This document shows, piece by piece, positions 1 to 10,169 of a stretch of DNA of 64,000 nt; position 1 is the stretch's first letter, and every line of letters starts with the position of its first letter. The stretch is from an uncultured Erysipelotrichaceae bacterium. GTDB lineage: Bacteria; Bacillota_I; Bacilli_A; RFN20; CAG-826. The notes beneath the pieces are model-generated. The model was not told where the DNA came from and made no database searches. It saw only the letters and a program-made list of their open reading frames with translations. The DNA lies in assembly GCA_900315885.1 (NCBI GenBank), contig ONAT01000003.1, positions 14,307-78,306 on the forward strand. The letters run 5' to 3'. Position numbers and translations under genes: made by a program.

Positions 1-534
1 ATTAGAAGCATTTTGTCCTTCCTTATTAAGTGAAGAAATAGTGTAATCGTTGATTTGTAAAACACCTGTAATCTCACCAGATAAATGTAGTTTCCCATAA
101 CTTGATTCTTGGAAGAACGTTCTAACTGATTGCCAGTTTGTATCTGTGGAATAACCAAAGAATGCTTTTTCTAAGTTTGTTAACATTGTTGAGTCCCATC
201 TTGTTGCATTGCTAATTTGCACTGGAACAATCAAAAGTTTTTGGTTGCCTGTCGAATTTAAAGTATTCCAATATAATTGTTCATTTGCATCACGTAATGT
301 GTATTTAACATTTGCGGCTTTTTCATAACCTTTTCCTTTATCGACTGCAGAAATAGGCTCGCGAGATGTATAATCATCGCTACGATCCACGGATGGAATA
401 CTAATAGGCTCAGAGCTTACTGGTAACAAACTAGTTTTGTTTGAACCAAATGGTATAGTGATATGAATATCACAACCACTCAAGCCTAATAATAACATTG
501 GTAGTAAGAATTTTAATTTACTATTTTTCTTCAT
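1..534 (-). CDS. Lipoprotein, first 178 codons only (gene runs off the left edge); possible M6/InhA-like metalloprotease N-region
   Basis: Absent from the ORF track because it is truncated by the window. Reverse-strand ATG at 534-532 gives MKKNSKLKILLPMLLLGLSGCDIH (signal peptide plus lipobox LSGC), open to position 1. Segment KLLIVPVQISNATRWD...FFQESSYGKLHLSGEITG resembles the start of M6-type peptidase domains (by eye only). Confidence 0.6.
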   Translation of the reverse strand, partial: MKKNSKLKFLLPMLLLGLSGCDIHITIPFGSNKTSLLPVSSEPISIPSVDRSDDYTSREPISAVDKGKGYEKAANVKYTLRDANEQLYWNTLNSTGNQKLLIVPVQISNATRWDSTMLTNLEKAFFGYSTDTNWQSVRTFFQESSYGKLHLSGEITGVLQINDYTISSLNKEGQNASN

Positions 535-596
535 TTTTTTACTCCTTTTCTTTTTATTCTAATATATAAATTAAATAAAATATAATTTTATTTGAT

Positions 597-1079
597 TTAT
601 TTGTGATAAGTTTCGTGATTCATTATTTTAAAAGCACGATATATTTGCTCTAATAAAATAACTGTAGTCATTTGATGTGTAAATGTCATTTTTGAAAGGA
701 GCATTCTTTCATTAGCGACTTTACGAATGTTTTCTCCTAAGCCTAAAGAACCACCAATAATGAACGTAATACGACTTTGTGAAGAACACATCAAATCTTC
801 AATGTGTTTAGAAAAAGAAATTGAATCATATTCTTTACTTTTTTCAAAGTCCAAGAGAATTATATATTCTCCAGGTTTAATTTTCGTTAAAATTCTTTCT
901 CCTTCTTTTTCTTTTATAATCTTGTCAAGACTATCATTACTATTTTTAGAAATGCTCTCATCTTGAACTTCTATCATTTCCAAATCACAATACGCCGATA
1001 GTCTTTTACTGTATTCGTTAATTGCATCTACAAAATAACGCTCTTTAATTTTTCCAACAGAAATAATTTTTATATGCAT
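597..1079 (-). CDS. rlmH: 23S rRNA (pseudouridine1915-N3)-methyltransferase RlmH (SPOUT)
   Basis: 160-aa ORF MHIKIISVGKIKERY...; RlmH-like length and sequence; follows the yycJ-like gene as in Bacillus. Confidence 0.9.
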   Translation of the reverse strand: MHIKIISVGKIKERYFVDAINEYSKRLSAYCDLEMIEVQDESISKNSNDSLDKIIKEKEGERILTKIKPGEYIILLDFEKSKEYDSISFSKHIEDLMCSSQSRITFIIGGSLGLGENIRKVANERMLLSKMTFTHQMTTVILLEQIYRAFKIMNHETYHK

Positions 1080-1831
1080 ACTTTATTATTCCCGCCTTCT
1101 AGAGATTCTCTTTGAGAGGCTGCTTCTAATCTAATTTTACTAATGTCACCATATCGCGCAGTTAAAACTTGTCTATATGTTTTTAGTGCAACTTCTGGAG
1201 AATTTGCTTCTTCTGATAAATGCATAAGAATAATTTCTTTGGTCCTATCACCAATAACTTCACTCATATACATCGCAGAATCCTCGTTAGATAAATGTCC
1301 GAAGTCTCCAATGATACGCTTAATTAATACTGCAGGTCTATTTGTTTCAAAAAGCATTTTGACATTGTGATTGCTCTCAATACAAAGATAATCAGGATTC
1401 TTCATCAATTCCATATTCTTTTCTGAAACATAGCCTGTATCTGTCATATAAACTAATTTTTCATCATCGGCTTCTAAAATAAATCCCACAGGATTTGTTG
1501 CATCATGAGATATGGCAAGCACTGTGATTTTGAATCCCGCAATAAAATATGATTCATAAAGTTCTAGTTCATTGTCACTAGGAATTTCATATGTTCCTTT
1601 GGCACAAAATATTTTACTTGGCATAAAATAGTTTGCCCCTTTAGTATGATCGTTGTGGTCATGAGTTAAAAGCAATGCTTCGATATCATTAAAATCAATG
1701 TTGTATTTCTTTAATTTATCTTTTTCATATTTTAAAGAAACTCCCATATCAATTTGAATCAAATGACCATCATTTGTTTGAACAATTGTTGCATTACCTT
1801 TTGAACCACTTGCTAAAACAAAATATCGCAT
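1070..1831 (-). CDS. yycJ: MBL-fold metallo-hydrolase, YycJ/WalJ-like
   Basis: 253 aa with an HDHNDH metallo-beta-lactamase motif; N-terminus MRYFVLASGSKGNA typical of YycJ. Confidence 0.8.
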   Translation of the reverse strand: MRYFVLASGSKGNATIVQTNDGHLIQIDMGVSLKYEKDKLKKYNIDFNDIEALLLTHDHNDHTKGANYFMPSKIFCAKGTYEIPSDNELELYESYFIAGFKITVLAISHDATNPVGFILEADDEKLVYMTDTGYVSEKNMELMKNPDYLCIESNHNVKMLFETNRPAVLIKRIIGDFGHLSNEDSAMYMSEVIGDRTKEIILMHLSEEANSPEVALKTYRQVLTARYGDISKIRLEAASQRESLEGGNNKVCI

Positions 1832-1835
1832 AGTC

Positions 1836-3284
1836 TTATTCTAGATCCTTTGGTGTAGCGCCAGCATCAACTTTGCCTGATCTTAAAGCATCCAATCTCA
1901 AGCGTTGTTCGTTAGTTAATTCTGAGAAAGTTGAGTAACTCTTTTGGAACAACAAAGTCATAACACCTGTTTGACCATTTCTATTCTTTGCTAAATTAAC
2001 GCGAACTAGTTGATCAGTTGTTGGTGAGACTCCAACTTTGTCTTCTCCTTCAGGAGTATTTTCTTTCTTCTTTTTTGTTCCTTCAGGACTTAATAAGATA
2101 ACCATATCAGCATCTTGTTCAATTGCACCTGATTCTCTTAAGTCAGATAAAACAGGTTCTTTTGTTTCTCGCTTTTCGACGTCACGAGATAATTGACACA
2201 AAACAATAACTGGCACTTTTAATGTACGGGCCAGATCTTTGATTTTTCTTGAATAATCTGATACTTCAAGTTGTCGGTTATAATCGCCACCATGCTTTTC
2301 ACTTGATGTGATTAAACCAATATAGTCGATTACTATCATAGCTAAATCATTTTGACTATTTTGTAATTTTCTAGCTTTCGCAATTAAATCGTTCATTTTA
2401 ATTGATGGAGTATCATCAATATATAGTTTTAAACTTGATAAACGTTTAGATGCTTCTTTAATTCTAATTCTATCATCTTTAGTTAAATAGCCTCTGGTGA
2501 TATTTGATAAATTAACTTTTGATTCAATAGCAAGCATTCTCTTCGCTAATAAGTCTCCCGCCATTTCAAGGGAGAAGAAAGCGACGGTTTTTTCAGTATA
2601 TTTTGCCGCAGTTAAAGCAAAATTTAACGCTAAGGCTGTTTTACCAACAGATGGTCTAGCGGCCAAAACAATCATGTTTTCTTTTTGGAAGCCATTACTA
2701 TACTTATTTAATTCTTTGAATCCTGAAGTTATACCAATTAAATGATCTTCTGGCGTTTCTTTGTATGTTAATAGTTCTTTATTTACGCGTTCAATATGCT
2801 CACTTAATTTAATAAATTCTGCAACTCTTCTTTGCTCAACAATAGAGGCAATTCTATCGCCTGAACTAGCAACGAAGTCTGAAACTGTTCCATCAATACC
2901 TTTGTTGTATTTTTCTTTTATGTCATCCATTGTGGTTAAAAGTGTACGTAATAATGCACAATCTTTTAACATTTTGATATAGTGTTCTAAACTAGTTAAT
3001 CCGATGGCGTTTTCACTTAAGTCTTTTAAGTATTCGACTCCACCGACCAAGTCTTCTTTTTTCATGTTGATTAGTTCGTTATAAACTGTGACAACATCAA
3101 CTTTTTCTTTGTTATTGTTTAAACGAACAATTGCTTCAAAGGTAACTCTATTTGCAACATTTTTTTCATAAAAATCATCTGCAACTAAGGAACCAAGCCC
3201 TCTAATTAATGCTTCTTCTGAAATAAGCATTGCACCTAATAATGATTTTTCCACCAAAATGTCGTTTGGTAATTTGTATTCCAT
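1836..3284 (-). CDS. dnaB: Replicative DNA helicase (DnaB family; DnaC in B. subtilis)
   Basis: 482 aa; Walker A ARPSVGKTALALN, DnaB N-domain; conserved position next to rplI. Confidence 0.95.
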   Translation of the reverse strand: MEYKLPNDILVEKSLLGAMLISEEALIRGLGSLVADDFYEKNVANRVTFEAIVRLNNNKEKVDVVTVYNELINMKKEDLVGGVEYLKDLSENAIGLTSLEHYIKMLKDCALLRTLLTTMDDIKEKYNKGIDGTVSDFVASSGDRIASIVEQRRVAEFIKLSEHIERVNKELLTYKETPEDHLIGITSGFKELNKYSNGFQKENMIVLAARPSVGKTALALNFALTAAKYTEKTVAFFSLEMAGDLLAKRMLAIESKVNLSNITRGYLTKDDRIRIKEASKRLSSLKLYIDDTPSIKMNDLIAKARKLQNSQNDLAMIVIDYIGLITSSEKHGGDYNRQLEVSDYSRKIKDLARTLKVPVIVLCQLSRDVEKRETKEPVLSDLRESGAIEQDADMVILLSPEGTKKKKENTPEGEDKVGVSPTTDQLVRVNLAKNRNGQTGVMTLLFQKSYSTFSELTNEQRLRLDALRSGKVDAGATPKDLE

Positions 3285-3292
3285 TAAATCAC

Positions 3293-3742
3293 CTACTTTG
3301 CTTCGCTGACATGAACTTTAATTTCCGCTACAACGCCTTTATACAATTCATTTTTTAAAATTGTTACACCTAATGTATTAACGGTTTCTTTATCCACGAA
3401 TTTTCTTTTATCGATACTTATTCCATATTTGCTCTTTAGCATCTCAACTACTTGTTTTGATGAGACAGAGCCAAATAATTTACCATCTTTTCCAGTTTTA
3501 CATGTAAACTCTAGAGTAATAGTTTTTAATTTCTCTTTTAATTCTTCAGCGTTTTTACGATTTTGTTCATCAAGAATACGTGCGTCTTCTTTTTGCTTGT
3601 CTAAAATTTCCACACTACGTTTTGTTGCGTTTACTGCTAAACGACGTGGTAAAAGGAAATTTGTCGCGTAGCCATCGGTTACTTCAATCGTTTCGCCCTT
3701 TTTTCCAACTTTTTTTACATCTTGCAATAGAATAACTTTCAT
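3293..3742 (-). CDS. rplI: 50S ribosomal protein L9
   Basis: 149 aa, MKVILLQDVKKVGKKGE... canonical L9 N-terminus. Confidence 0.95.
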   Translation of the reverse strand: MKVILLQDVKKVGKKGETIEVTDGYATNFLLPRRLAVNATKRSVEILDKQKEDARILDEQNRKNAEELKEKLKTITLEFTCKTGKDGKLFGSVSSKQVVEMLKSKYGISIDKRKFVDKETVNTLGVTILKNELYKGVVAEIKVHVSEAK

Positions 3743-3753
3743 AGTATCACTCC

Positions 3754-5766
3754 CTATTTTACAGTTCTTACGAAACTAATGTATTGGTCTAATGTCTCTA
3801 ATAATTTAGTGTTAACTTCTTCAATAGTAGTGTTTTCAAAACTTGCAGCAGCCATCGTAAAGTGTCCACCACCACCCATTTTTTCAAGTAGTGATTGAAC
3901 ATTAATTGTGCCATCACTTCTTGCTGAAATCTTTACTTCTTTTTCGCCTGTTCGACCTATAACGAAGCAAGCATTAACACCTTTAATTTGTAGAGTTTGA
4001 TTTGCAACTTTTGCTAATGTTGCACCTTCAATAATATCTTTTTGATCAGCTAATGAGACAACAACTCCTAAATATGGTGTTGTTGAATTGCTCATAATCT
4101 TTGTTTTTAAAGCATACTCTTCAAATTCATCTTTTAAGAAGTCATCGGCTTGAGTGTTATCAGCACCAAAATCTTTTAAAATCATTGATGCTTCAAAAGT
4201 TCTTTCGCCAGCAGTCTTAGAACGGAAGAAGTTTGTATCTAGATAAATACCCGCAAGCATAAATGTCGCGTATGAAGCTGGTAAATGAATCTTATTATTT
4301 GGTGCAAATTGAATCATTTCTGCTACTAATTCACTTGCGGATGATGCCGAAGGTTCAATATAACTAAATGCTGCACCTTCAATAAATTCTTCACCACGTC
4401 TATGGTGATCAACGATTGCAACTTTGGTCGCTTCTTCTAATAATTTTGGACATAATGTCATAGATGGACGGTGTACATCTGTAACAATTACAAGCGTATT
4501 TGCTTTAAGTTTGTCCATTGCATCATGTGGAGTAACCATAACTCTATTAATATCATCACGTGAGAACAATACTGACACTGCATATTTAGTTTTTGATTCG
4601 GTAGATTTTGGATCAAATACTACGGATGCTGGTTTATTGACACTATCACAAATTGCCTTTAAACCGAGTGATGAACCTAGAGAATCTAAGTCAGAATCTT
4701 TATGTCCCATAATAATAACATTGGATGCTGCTTTAATTAATCCGAGTAATGAGTTAGCCATAACACGTGCTTTAACTTTATTATGACGTTCTTGAGCTTC
4801 AGACTTTCCACCAAAGAATTCTAGTTCTTGGTCATATTTAGAAATAACAACTTGGTCACCACCACGAGACATTGCAATATCGATTGCAGATACTGCCATT
4901 TCATTTAATTTGACAACATCTGGGAAACCTAAGGCAAAGCCCATAGAAATTGTGAATGGTGTTTCTTGTCCTTTACCAAGTTCACGAACTGTATCTAAAA
5001 CATAGAACTTATCAATGTCTTTCATAATTTCAAAATCTTTTTGGAACATAATAACCATGTAAGCATCAGATCTATATCTCTTTAAGAAAGCATTGTATTT
5101 GTTAGCAAAATCATTAATTGCTTTTCTAACCGCCGCAATTTGATCAGAGTTTTCATCAATGTTAATTGAAACATCTTGATAGTTATCAATCATGATAACA
5201 CCGACAACTGGTTCATGATCACGAGAATATGTGTAATATGATTCTGCGACCGTTACATCTTTGAAAATATATAACATCGCATCATGAAGATGTTTTACTT
5301 CATAAGTGTGGCCGTTAATTTCAATCTTAACTGTTTTTTCATCATCTTTAGAATCTTTTAATTCTTTTAATGCAGGTTGCCAATCAAATATATTGTTATC
5401 CAAAATATTAATTTGACGATCAGAGAACAATTCATTAGTCCAAATTATGATGTCGTTTTCATCTACTACTAATAACCCAATCATACCAAAATCATAGGCT
5501 TCTTGAACATCAGAACCAATAATGTTCGCAGCTTTGAAATCAGTTGTAAAACGTTTTTTGCTAATTGAATAAAATATAGAAATAAATGCAATTGCATTAA
5601 TAAATATAAATACAACTAAACAAACGCACATTATTGTGACACTTATAACTGATCTTAAAGACCAAATATCATAAAACCACAATGTAAAAAATCCTGCTAC
5701 TAACAATAATTCAATTAAAACTAGTACAATGGTTTTTAATTTTAATGATTTAATAGTTTGAAACAT
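3754..5766 (-). CDS. gdpP: Cyclic-di-AMP phosphodiesterase GdpP/YybT (TM-PAS-degenerate GGDEF-DHH/DHHA1)
   Basis: 670 aa; two N-terminal TM helices, DHH motif (IVDHHRR) and GGGH of DHHA1; synteny yybS-gdpP-rplI. Confidence 0.85.
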   Translation of the reverse strand: MFQTIKSLKLKTIVLVLIELLLVAGFFTLWFYDIWSLRSVISVTIMCVCLVVFIFINAIAFISIFYSISKKRFTTDFKAANIIGSDVQEAYDFGMIGLLVVDENDIIIWTNELFSDRQINILDNNIFDWQPALKELKDSKDDEKTVKIEINGHTYEVKHLHDAMLYIFKDVTVAESYYTYSRDHEPVVGVIMIDNYQDVSINIDENSDQIAAVRKAINDFANKYNAFLKRYRSDAYMVIMFQKDFEIMKDIDKFYVLDTVRELGKGQETPFTISMGFALGFPDVVKLNEMAVSAIDIAMSRGGDQVVISKYDQELEFFGGKSEAQERHNKVKARVMANSLLGLIKAASNVIIMGHKDSDLDSLGSSLGLKAICDSVNKPASVVFDPKSTESKTKYAVSVLFSRDDINRVMVTPHDAMDKLKANTLVIVTDVHRPSMTLCPKLLEEATKVAIVDHHRRGEEFIEGAAFSYIEPSASSASELVAEMIQFAPNNKIHLPASYATFMLAGIYLDTNFFRSKTAGERTFEASMILKDFGADNTQADDFLKDEFEEYALKTKIMSNSTTPYLGVVVSLADQKDIIEGATLAKVANQTLQIKGVNACFVIGRTGEKEVKISARSDGTINVQSLLEKMGGGGHFTMAAASFENTTIEEVNTKLLETLDQYISFVRTVK

Positions 5767-5802
5767 AAAACCACCTCATTCAATTTATTATACAATAAAC
5801 CA

Positions 5803-5832
5803 AACAAAAAAAGCCATATAAATATATGGCTT
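5803..5832 (-). terminator. Rho-independent terminator after yybS
   Basis: AAGCCATAT-loop-ATATGGCTT followed by a U-run on the minus strand. Confidence 0.8.
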
Positions 5833-5866
5833 AATTGTTTATACAAAATACTTCTTACTTAATTAA

Positions 5867-6802
5867 TTAAAAGCAAAGTTTATAGCGAAACTTAAAAATC
5901 GAATCTAAGAAGCCTAGTAAAATAAGGGCTATTGGAAAAATAATAATGCAAAATATGGATAAAATATATAAATATTGTTTTCGATACTTCGCACTATATA
6001 AACTAATAAGCGCTAAAGCTTCAAACAAATATCCTAAGCATAAAATAACTATAATGTTTAATCCAATAGTTACCAAAACTTGCACTATACCAAATGTTTC
6101 ATAATCAACAATACTATTTATGAAAAATACACTAACCAAAGAAAGTGGTAATAAAATATATGTAACTAATGAAGGAATTGCTAAATTAACTGATACCAAT
6201 GCTCCTCCAACATCTATTTTTAATAATTTGTTAGCGATGATAGATATAATCAAGTAAGTTAACAATGATTCAATAATACTTGTAACAATTATTGTTGCTG
6301 GAATAATACTTACAAATACCGCTCGCATTACATTGAGTAAAAAGTCATTTTTTCCAAACAAAGGTGCAATGAAATTAATAATTTCATTTGCAAATTCAAC
6401 TGTTTCTTCAACTATTGTATATCCAAATAAAACTTTAGAAAAAACTACAGTAGTCAAAACGTTTATAACTAAAGCCCCAAAAAACATAAAAAATACTTTA
6501 AGTTTTAATTTCTGTGGAAAGCGTTTTAATAAAAAAGCATATAGAATTGCCATTATATTTGCGGGCAAAACGTATAATAGACCTACTAACAAATTGATAA
6601 TCACACCAATTATTGTTGAAGCAATTCCAGGAATCACCGCCTTTTTCCAATCATATTTAAGCCCATAAATTGTAACTGGTATAGCAAGTAAAAAAGATAA
6701 GTTGCTTACTAACATTCCGCTTGACAAGTTATTTAACAATAAGAATACCGCCGCAATAGCGGTAACCATGGCGGCATCAGTAATATATCTTGTTTTTTTC
6801 AC
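5867..6802 (-). CDS. yybS: Polytopic membrane protein YybS (DUF2232)
   Basis: 311 aa, highly hydrophobic, conserved position between rpsR and gdpP. Confidence 0.7.
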   Translation of the reverse strand: MKKTRYITDAAMVTAIAAVFLLLNNLSSGMLVSNLSFLLAIPVTIYGLKYDWKKAVIPGIASTIIGVIINLLVGLLYVLPANIMAILYAFLLKRFPQKLKLKVFFMFFGALVINVLTTVVFSKVLFGYTIVEETVEFANEIINFIAPLFGKNDFLLNVMRAVFVSIIPATIIVTSIIESLLTYLIISIIANKLLKIDVGGALVSVNLAIPSLVTYILLPLSLVSVFFINSIVDYETFGIVQVLVTIGLNIIVILCLGYLFEALALISLYSAKYRKQYLYILSIFCIIIFPIALILLGFLDSIFKFRYKLCF

Positions 6803-6829
6803 GGTTTTCCCTCCTTAACTAATAAATAA

Positions 6830-6863
6830 GAAAAAAAGCCTCCGAAATAATTTGGAAGCTTTT
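6830..6863 (-). terminator. Terminator after rpsR
   Basis: Minus strand AAGCTTCC...GGAGGCTT hairpin plus T7. Confidence 0.75.
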
Positions 6864-6875
6864 CAAACACATTAA

Positions 6876-7103
6876 TTACTCAACTGTGTATGGTAATAAA
6901 GCCATAAAGCGAGCGTTTTTAATTGCAACTGCTAATTCTCTTTGATGTTTTGCACATGTACCAGTTGTACGACGTGGTGAAATTTTTCCATTTAGAGAAA
7001 TATAGCGTTTTAACATTTCTACATCTTTAAAATCGATGAATGTGCTTTTATTTTTGCAAAAATTGCAGACCTTTTTTCTTGGTCTCATTTTCTTAAAACC
7101 CAT
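6876..7103 (-). CDS. rpsR: 30S ribosomal protein S18
   Basis: 75 aa; ...[22 protein letters not shown] typical S18. Confidence 0.95.
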   Translation of the reverse strand: MGFKKMRPRKKVCNFCKNKSTFIDFKDVEMLKRYISLNGKISPRRTTGTCAKHQRELAVAIKNARFMALLPYTVE

Positions 7104-7127
7104 TGATATACCAACCTTTCTTTTTAA

Positions 7128-7580
7128 TTAAAATGGTAAGTCATCATCAGCGATGTCTACCGTATTAAGATTTTTATTGTCATCAGCAACGGTAGGTTCA
7201 ACAGTATCTTCTGGGAACACAGGATCTAATGGTTGATTTTCTACAACAGTATTATTAGATTTTGGTTCTAAGAATTGAACGGAGTCACACACAACTTCAA
7301 AGACAGAAACATTTCTTCCCTCTTTGTTTGTGTATGTACGTTGTGTTAAACGACCGTCAACGCCTACTAAAGATCCTTTATGAGTGAATTTTGATACTGA
7401 ATCAGCTGTTTCTCTCCATGCAATACATGGAATAAAGCTTGTTGTCTTTTCTCCAGATGGAGATTTTGTGCGGTTATCAACAGCAATAGTGAAGGAAACA
7501 ACAGAAGTATTGTTTTGAGCTGTTCTTCTTAATTCTGGATCACGTACTAGGCGACCAACTAAAACTACACGATTAATCAT
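7128..7580 (-). CDS. ssb: Single-stranded DNA-binding protein
   Basis: 150 aa; MINRVVLVGRLVRDPELR OB-fold start and acidic C-terminal tip DDDLPF. Confidence 0.95.
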   Translation of the reverse strand: MINRVVLVGRLVRDPELRRTAQNNTSVVSFTIAVDNRTKSPSGEKTTSFIPCIAWRETADSVSKFTHKGSLVGVDGRLTQRTYTNKEGRNVSVFEVVCDSVQFLEPKSNNTVVENQPLDPVFPEDTVEPTVADDNKNLNTVDIADDDLPF

Positions 7581-7602
7581 TTTGATTTTCTCCTTGATTT
7601 AA

Positions 7603-7890
7603 TTAGTTCTTGTCAACGACAATAATGTGACGAATAACATTTGCATCAATCTTTACTAAACGATCGAATTCTTTTGTTGCAGCAGGTTCTGCTTCAACTT
7701 TTTCAACAACATAGTAACCTTTCATTTGGTCTTTGATTTCGTATGCTAATTCACGGATACCCCATTCATTAACATCTGTAACCTTAGCACCATTGTCAGT
7801 TAAGATCTTGTTTAACTTTTCGATTTCGTTTTTACGATCTTCTTCGCTAAGTTGTGGCATAAGAATATACATAATTTCGTACTTACGCAT
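7603..7890 (-). CDS. rpsF: 30S ribosomal protein S6
   Basis: 95 aa, MRKYEIMYIL... canonical S6; first gene of rpsF-ssb-rpsR. Confidence 0.95.
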   Translation of the reverse strand: MRKYEIMYILMPQLSEEDRKNEIEKLNKILTDNGAKVTDVNEWGIRELAYEIKDQMKGYYVVEKVEAEPAATKEFDRLVKIDANVIRHIIVVDKN

Positions 7891-7971
7891 GAGTACACCT
7901 CCCTATGGTCAATCTGGCTACAAGACAATCTCGTAGCAGAGAGAATTAATAGCCTTCACACTATCGATAAG

Positions 7972-8000
7972 ATTATATCTTATCAAGCATAAATTGTAAA
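7972..8000 (-). promoter_or_regulatory. Sigma-A promoter of the rpsF-ssb-rpsR operon
   Basis: Minus strand TTTACA - 17 nt - TATAAT, about 80 nt upstream of the rpsF ATG. Confidence 0.6.
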
Positions 8001-8065
8001 GAACTTATTTGCTTGCCGTACATAACACTTATAGTTTCAGTTAATTAAAAAAGCGACAAAATGTC

Positions 8066-10114
8066 TTAAATTTTATTGGTAATGCCAGTTAACAATTGAT
8101 TCAAAACTAGTCTTTTTAGGTAACGAGCCCCACTAGTGCGCAACTCTTCTTTATCAAGTGACAACTTCTTTATATCGATAAAGGTTGTTTCGCCTTTAAA
8201 CTTATAGTTTTCACTTATCTTTTCTAAAATTTCTATTGCCGCATTATCACTAATATAGTTAAATTCAATGAGGTGCTGTATTCTATTAATAAACTCCTCT
8301 CTAAAGACATGATTTAGATGCTTTTTGTTTGATTTTTTCTTATGGTCTTCTTCTTCATTTGTTAATAAATAGTTTTTGCTCGTTTTGTTATCGAGTCCAG
8401 TGATATTTGCAGTCATAATAAAAATTATGTTTCTACAATTGATAACATTGTTATGTGAATCTAAGAAAGTTCCTTCATCAAAAACATTTAAAAAGAAATC
8501 TAATACATCTGGACTAGCTTTATCTATTTCATCTAAAAGCACAACAGAATTTGGATAATTCTTTATTTTTTGAACAAAGCCAACCACATTATCGCAGTCT
8601 TGGTATCCTGGTGCTGATCCAATCAATTTATTCAAAGACGAACTATCTTTGTAACAATTCATATCAATTTTAATTAATTGACTATCTGCACCGAAAAAGT
8701 TTTTTGCTATAATCTTAGCACTCTCTGTTTTTCCAACTCCGCTTGGTCCATAAAAAAGCATTGAAGATAATGGACAATCCACATCATTAAACTTCATTTC
8801 AATTTGTAATAAAGCTCTATAAATTTTATCTATCGCCAAATCTTGCCCAAATATTCTTTCTTTTAGTTCGTTTTTTACCGCATTTGACTTATATCCACTT
8901 AGAGTCGAAACATTATAAAATTTTTCAATTGTTTGATTTACACATTCTTTTGTTAAATTTTTATTAGAACAAACACAGCTGTTGTCTAATATATCTAAGG
9001 CTTTATCTGGAAATGATTGATTCGGAACAAATTCTTCCGCAACTTCAACAATATAATTCATTAATTCGTTATTAATTCTTATTTTGTAATAATCTTCATA
9101 TAAAGGTTTTAATTGATTTAATATTTCAACAGTTTCTTCTTTTGTTGACGGATTAACATATATCAATTGGAATCGTCGATTTAATGCTTTATCTTTTTCA
9201 AATATATTATGATACTCTTCTAAAGTTGTAGCTCCGATAATTTGAATTTCTCCTCTAGCTAGATAAGGTTTTAAAATATTGCTTGCATCTATAGCGCCTT
9301 CCGCTCCACCAGCTTTGATAATATTATGTATTTCATCAATAAAAAGTATTGCATTTCCATCTTCATTTACATTTTTAATAATTCTTTTGAGCTTCTCTTC
9401 AAATTCGCCTCGATACTTTGTTCCTCCGACCACAGAAGCAATATCAAGTTCATATATTCTTTTGTTCTCTAGACCTGGCATTTTGTTTTCTGCTAAAAGA
9501 TGAGCAAGTTCTTCCACAATGGCGGTTTTACCAACTCCCGGTGCTCCAATTAAAATTGCATTAGGCTTATTTCTACGTCTCAAGGCTACCGTCAATTGCT
9601 GCAATTCTTTTTTTCGACCAATTAAAGGGTCTTTTTTTATCTCGGATAAATCATGTAAGTCTAGTATTTTATCTAAATCAGAATGTTTCCTTTGGCTCTT
9701 AATAATCAAGGCCAAAAGTTGAGCAAGATCAACACCATTCTCCTTAAAAATTTTATAGCATAAGCCAGATATATTCTTTAAAAATGCAATAAGCATAGTA
9801 TTTAAAGAAACCTTATCTTCTTTAAAATCTTTGCTTTCTTTTTGTGCTTCTTCTAAGAGTTCTTTGAAACTTTCATCGTATTCCATAAAGAAGATATCAT
9901 GGTTCTCATTATTAGTTTTCATTTTAATGTCAGAAATCACGCTTTTAAATGTGATACGATATTTCTTTAAATTTATTGTAAGAATATTATCTGGTATCTT
10001 TAAAACTGCTAATAAAAAATGCTCACAACCAATTGAGTTGTGTGATAAATCAAAAGATAATGACTCCGCAGAAGAAATTACTCTTTGCGCCTCTAAACTA
10101 AATTTTTCAAGCAT
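8066..10114 (-). CDS. clpC: Clp/Hsp100 double-AAA+ ATPase, ClpC-like but short (no M-domain)
   Basis: Clp_N-type N-domain, D1 Walker A GAPGVGKT / Walker B ILFIDEIH, D2 Walker A GPSGVGKT / Walker B VVLLDEIDKA. Start moved to ATG 10114 (AGGAGA 6 nt upstream) rather than the TTG at 10120. Confidence 0.8.
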   Translation of the reverse strand: MLEKFSLEAQRVISSAESLSFDLSHNSIGCEHFLLAVLKIPDNILTINLKKYRITFKSVISDIKMKTNNENHDIFFMEYDESFKELLEEAQKESKDFKEDKVSLNTMLIAFLKNISGLCYKIFKENGVDLAQLLALIIKSQRKHSDLDKILDLHDLSEIKKDPLIGRKKELQQLTVALRRRNKPNAILIGAPGVGKTAIVEELAHLLAENKMPGLENKRIYELDIASVVGGTKYRGEFEEKLKRIIKNVNEDGNAILFIDEIHNIIKAGGAEGAIDASNILKPYLARGEIQIIGATTLEEYHNIFEKDKALNRRFQLIYVNPSTKEETVEILNQLKPLYEDYYKIRINNELMNYIVEVAEEFVPNQSFPDKALDILDNSCVCSNKNLTKECVNQTIEKFYNVSTLSGYKSNAVKNELKERIFGQDLAIDKIYRALLQIEMKFNDVDCPLSSMLFYGPSGVGKTESAKIIAKNFFGADSQLIKIDMNCYKDSSSLNKLIGSAPGYQDCDNVVGFVQKIKNYPNSVVLLDEIDKASPDVLDFFLNVFDEGTFLDSHNNVINCRNIIFIMTANITGLDNKTSKNYLLTNEEEDHKKKSNKKHLNHVFREEFINRIQHLIEFNYISDNAAIEILEKISENYKFKGETTFIDIKKLSLDKEELRTSGARYLKRLVLNQLLTGITNKI

Positions 10115-10169
10115 ATTCAATCTCCTAAAATAATTTTATGTTTATGCTTAATAATTCTTGCCATTATCT

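Noticed and set aside
7981-8040. Tiny minus-strand ORF (MYGKQISSLQFMLDKI) upstream of rpsF
   Set aside because: It has no RBS, overlaps the rpsF promoter, and is too short to support.
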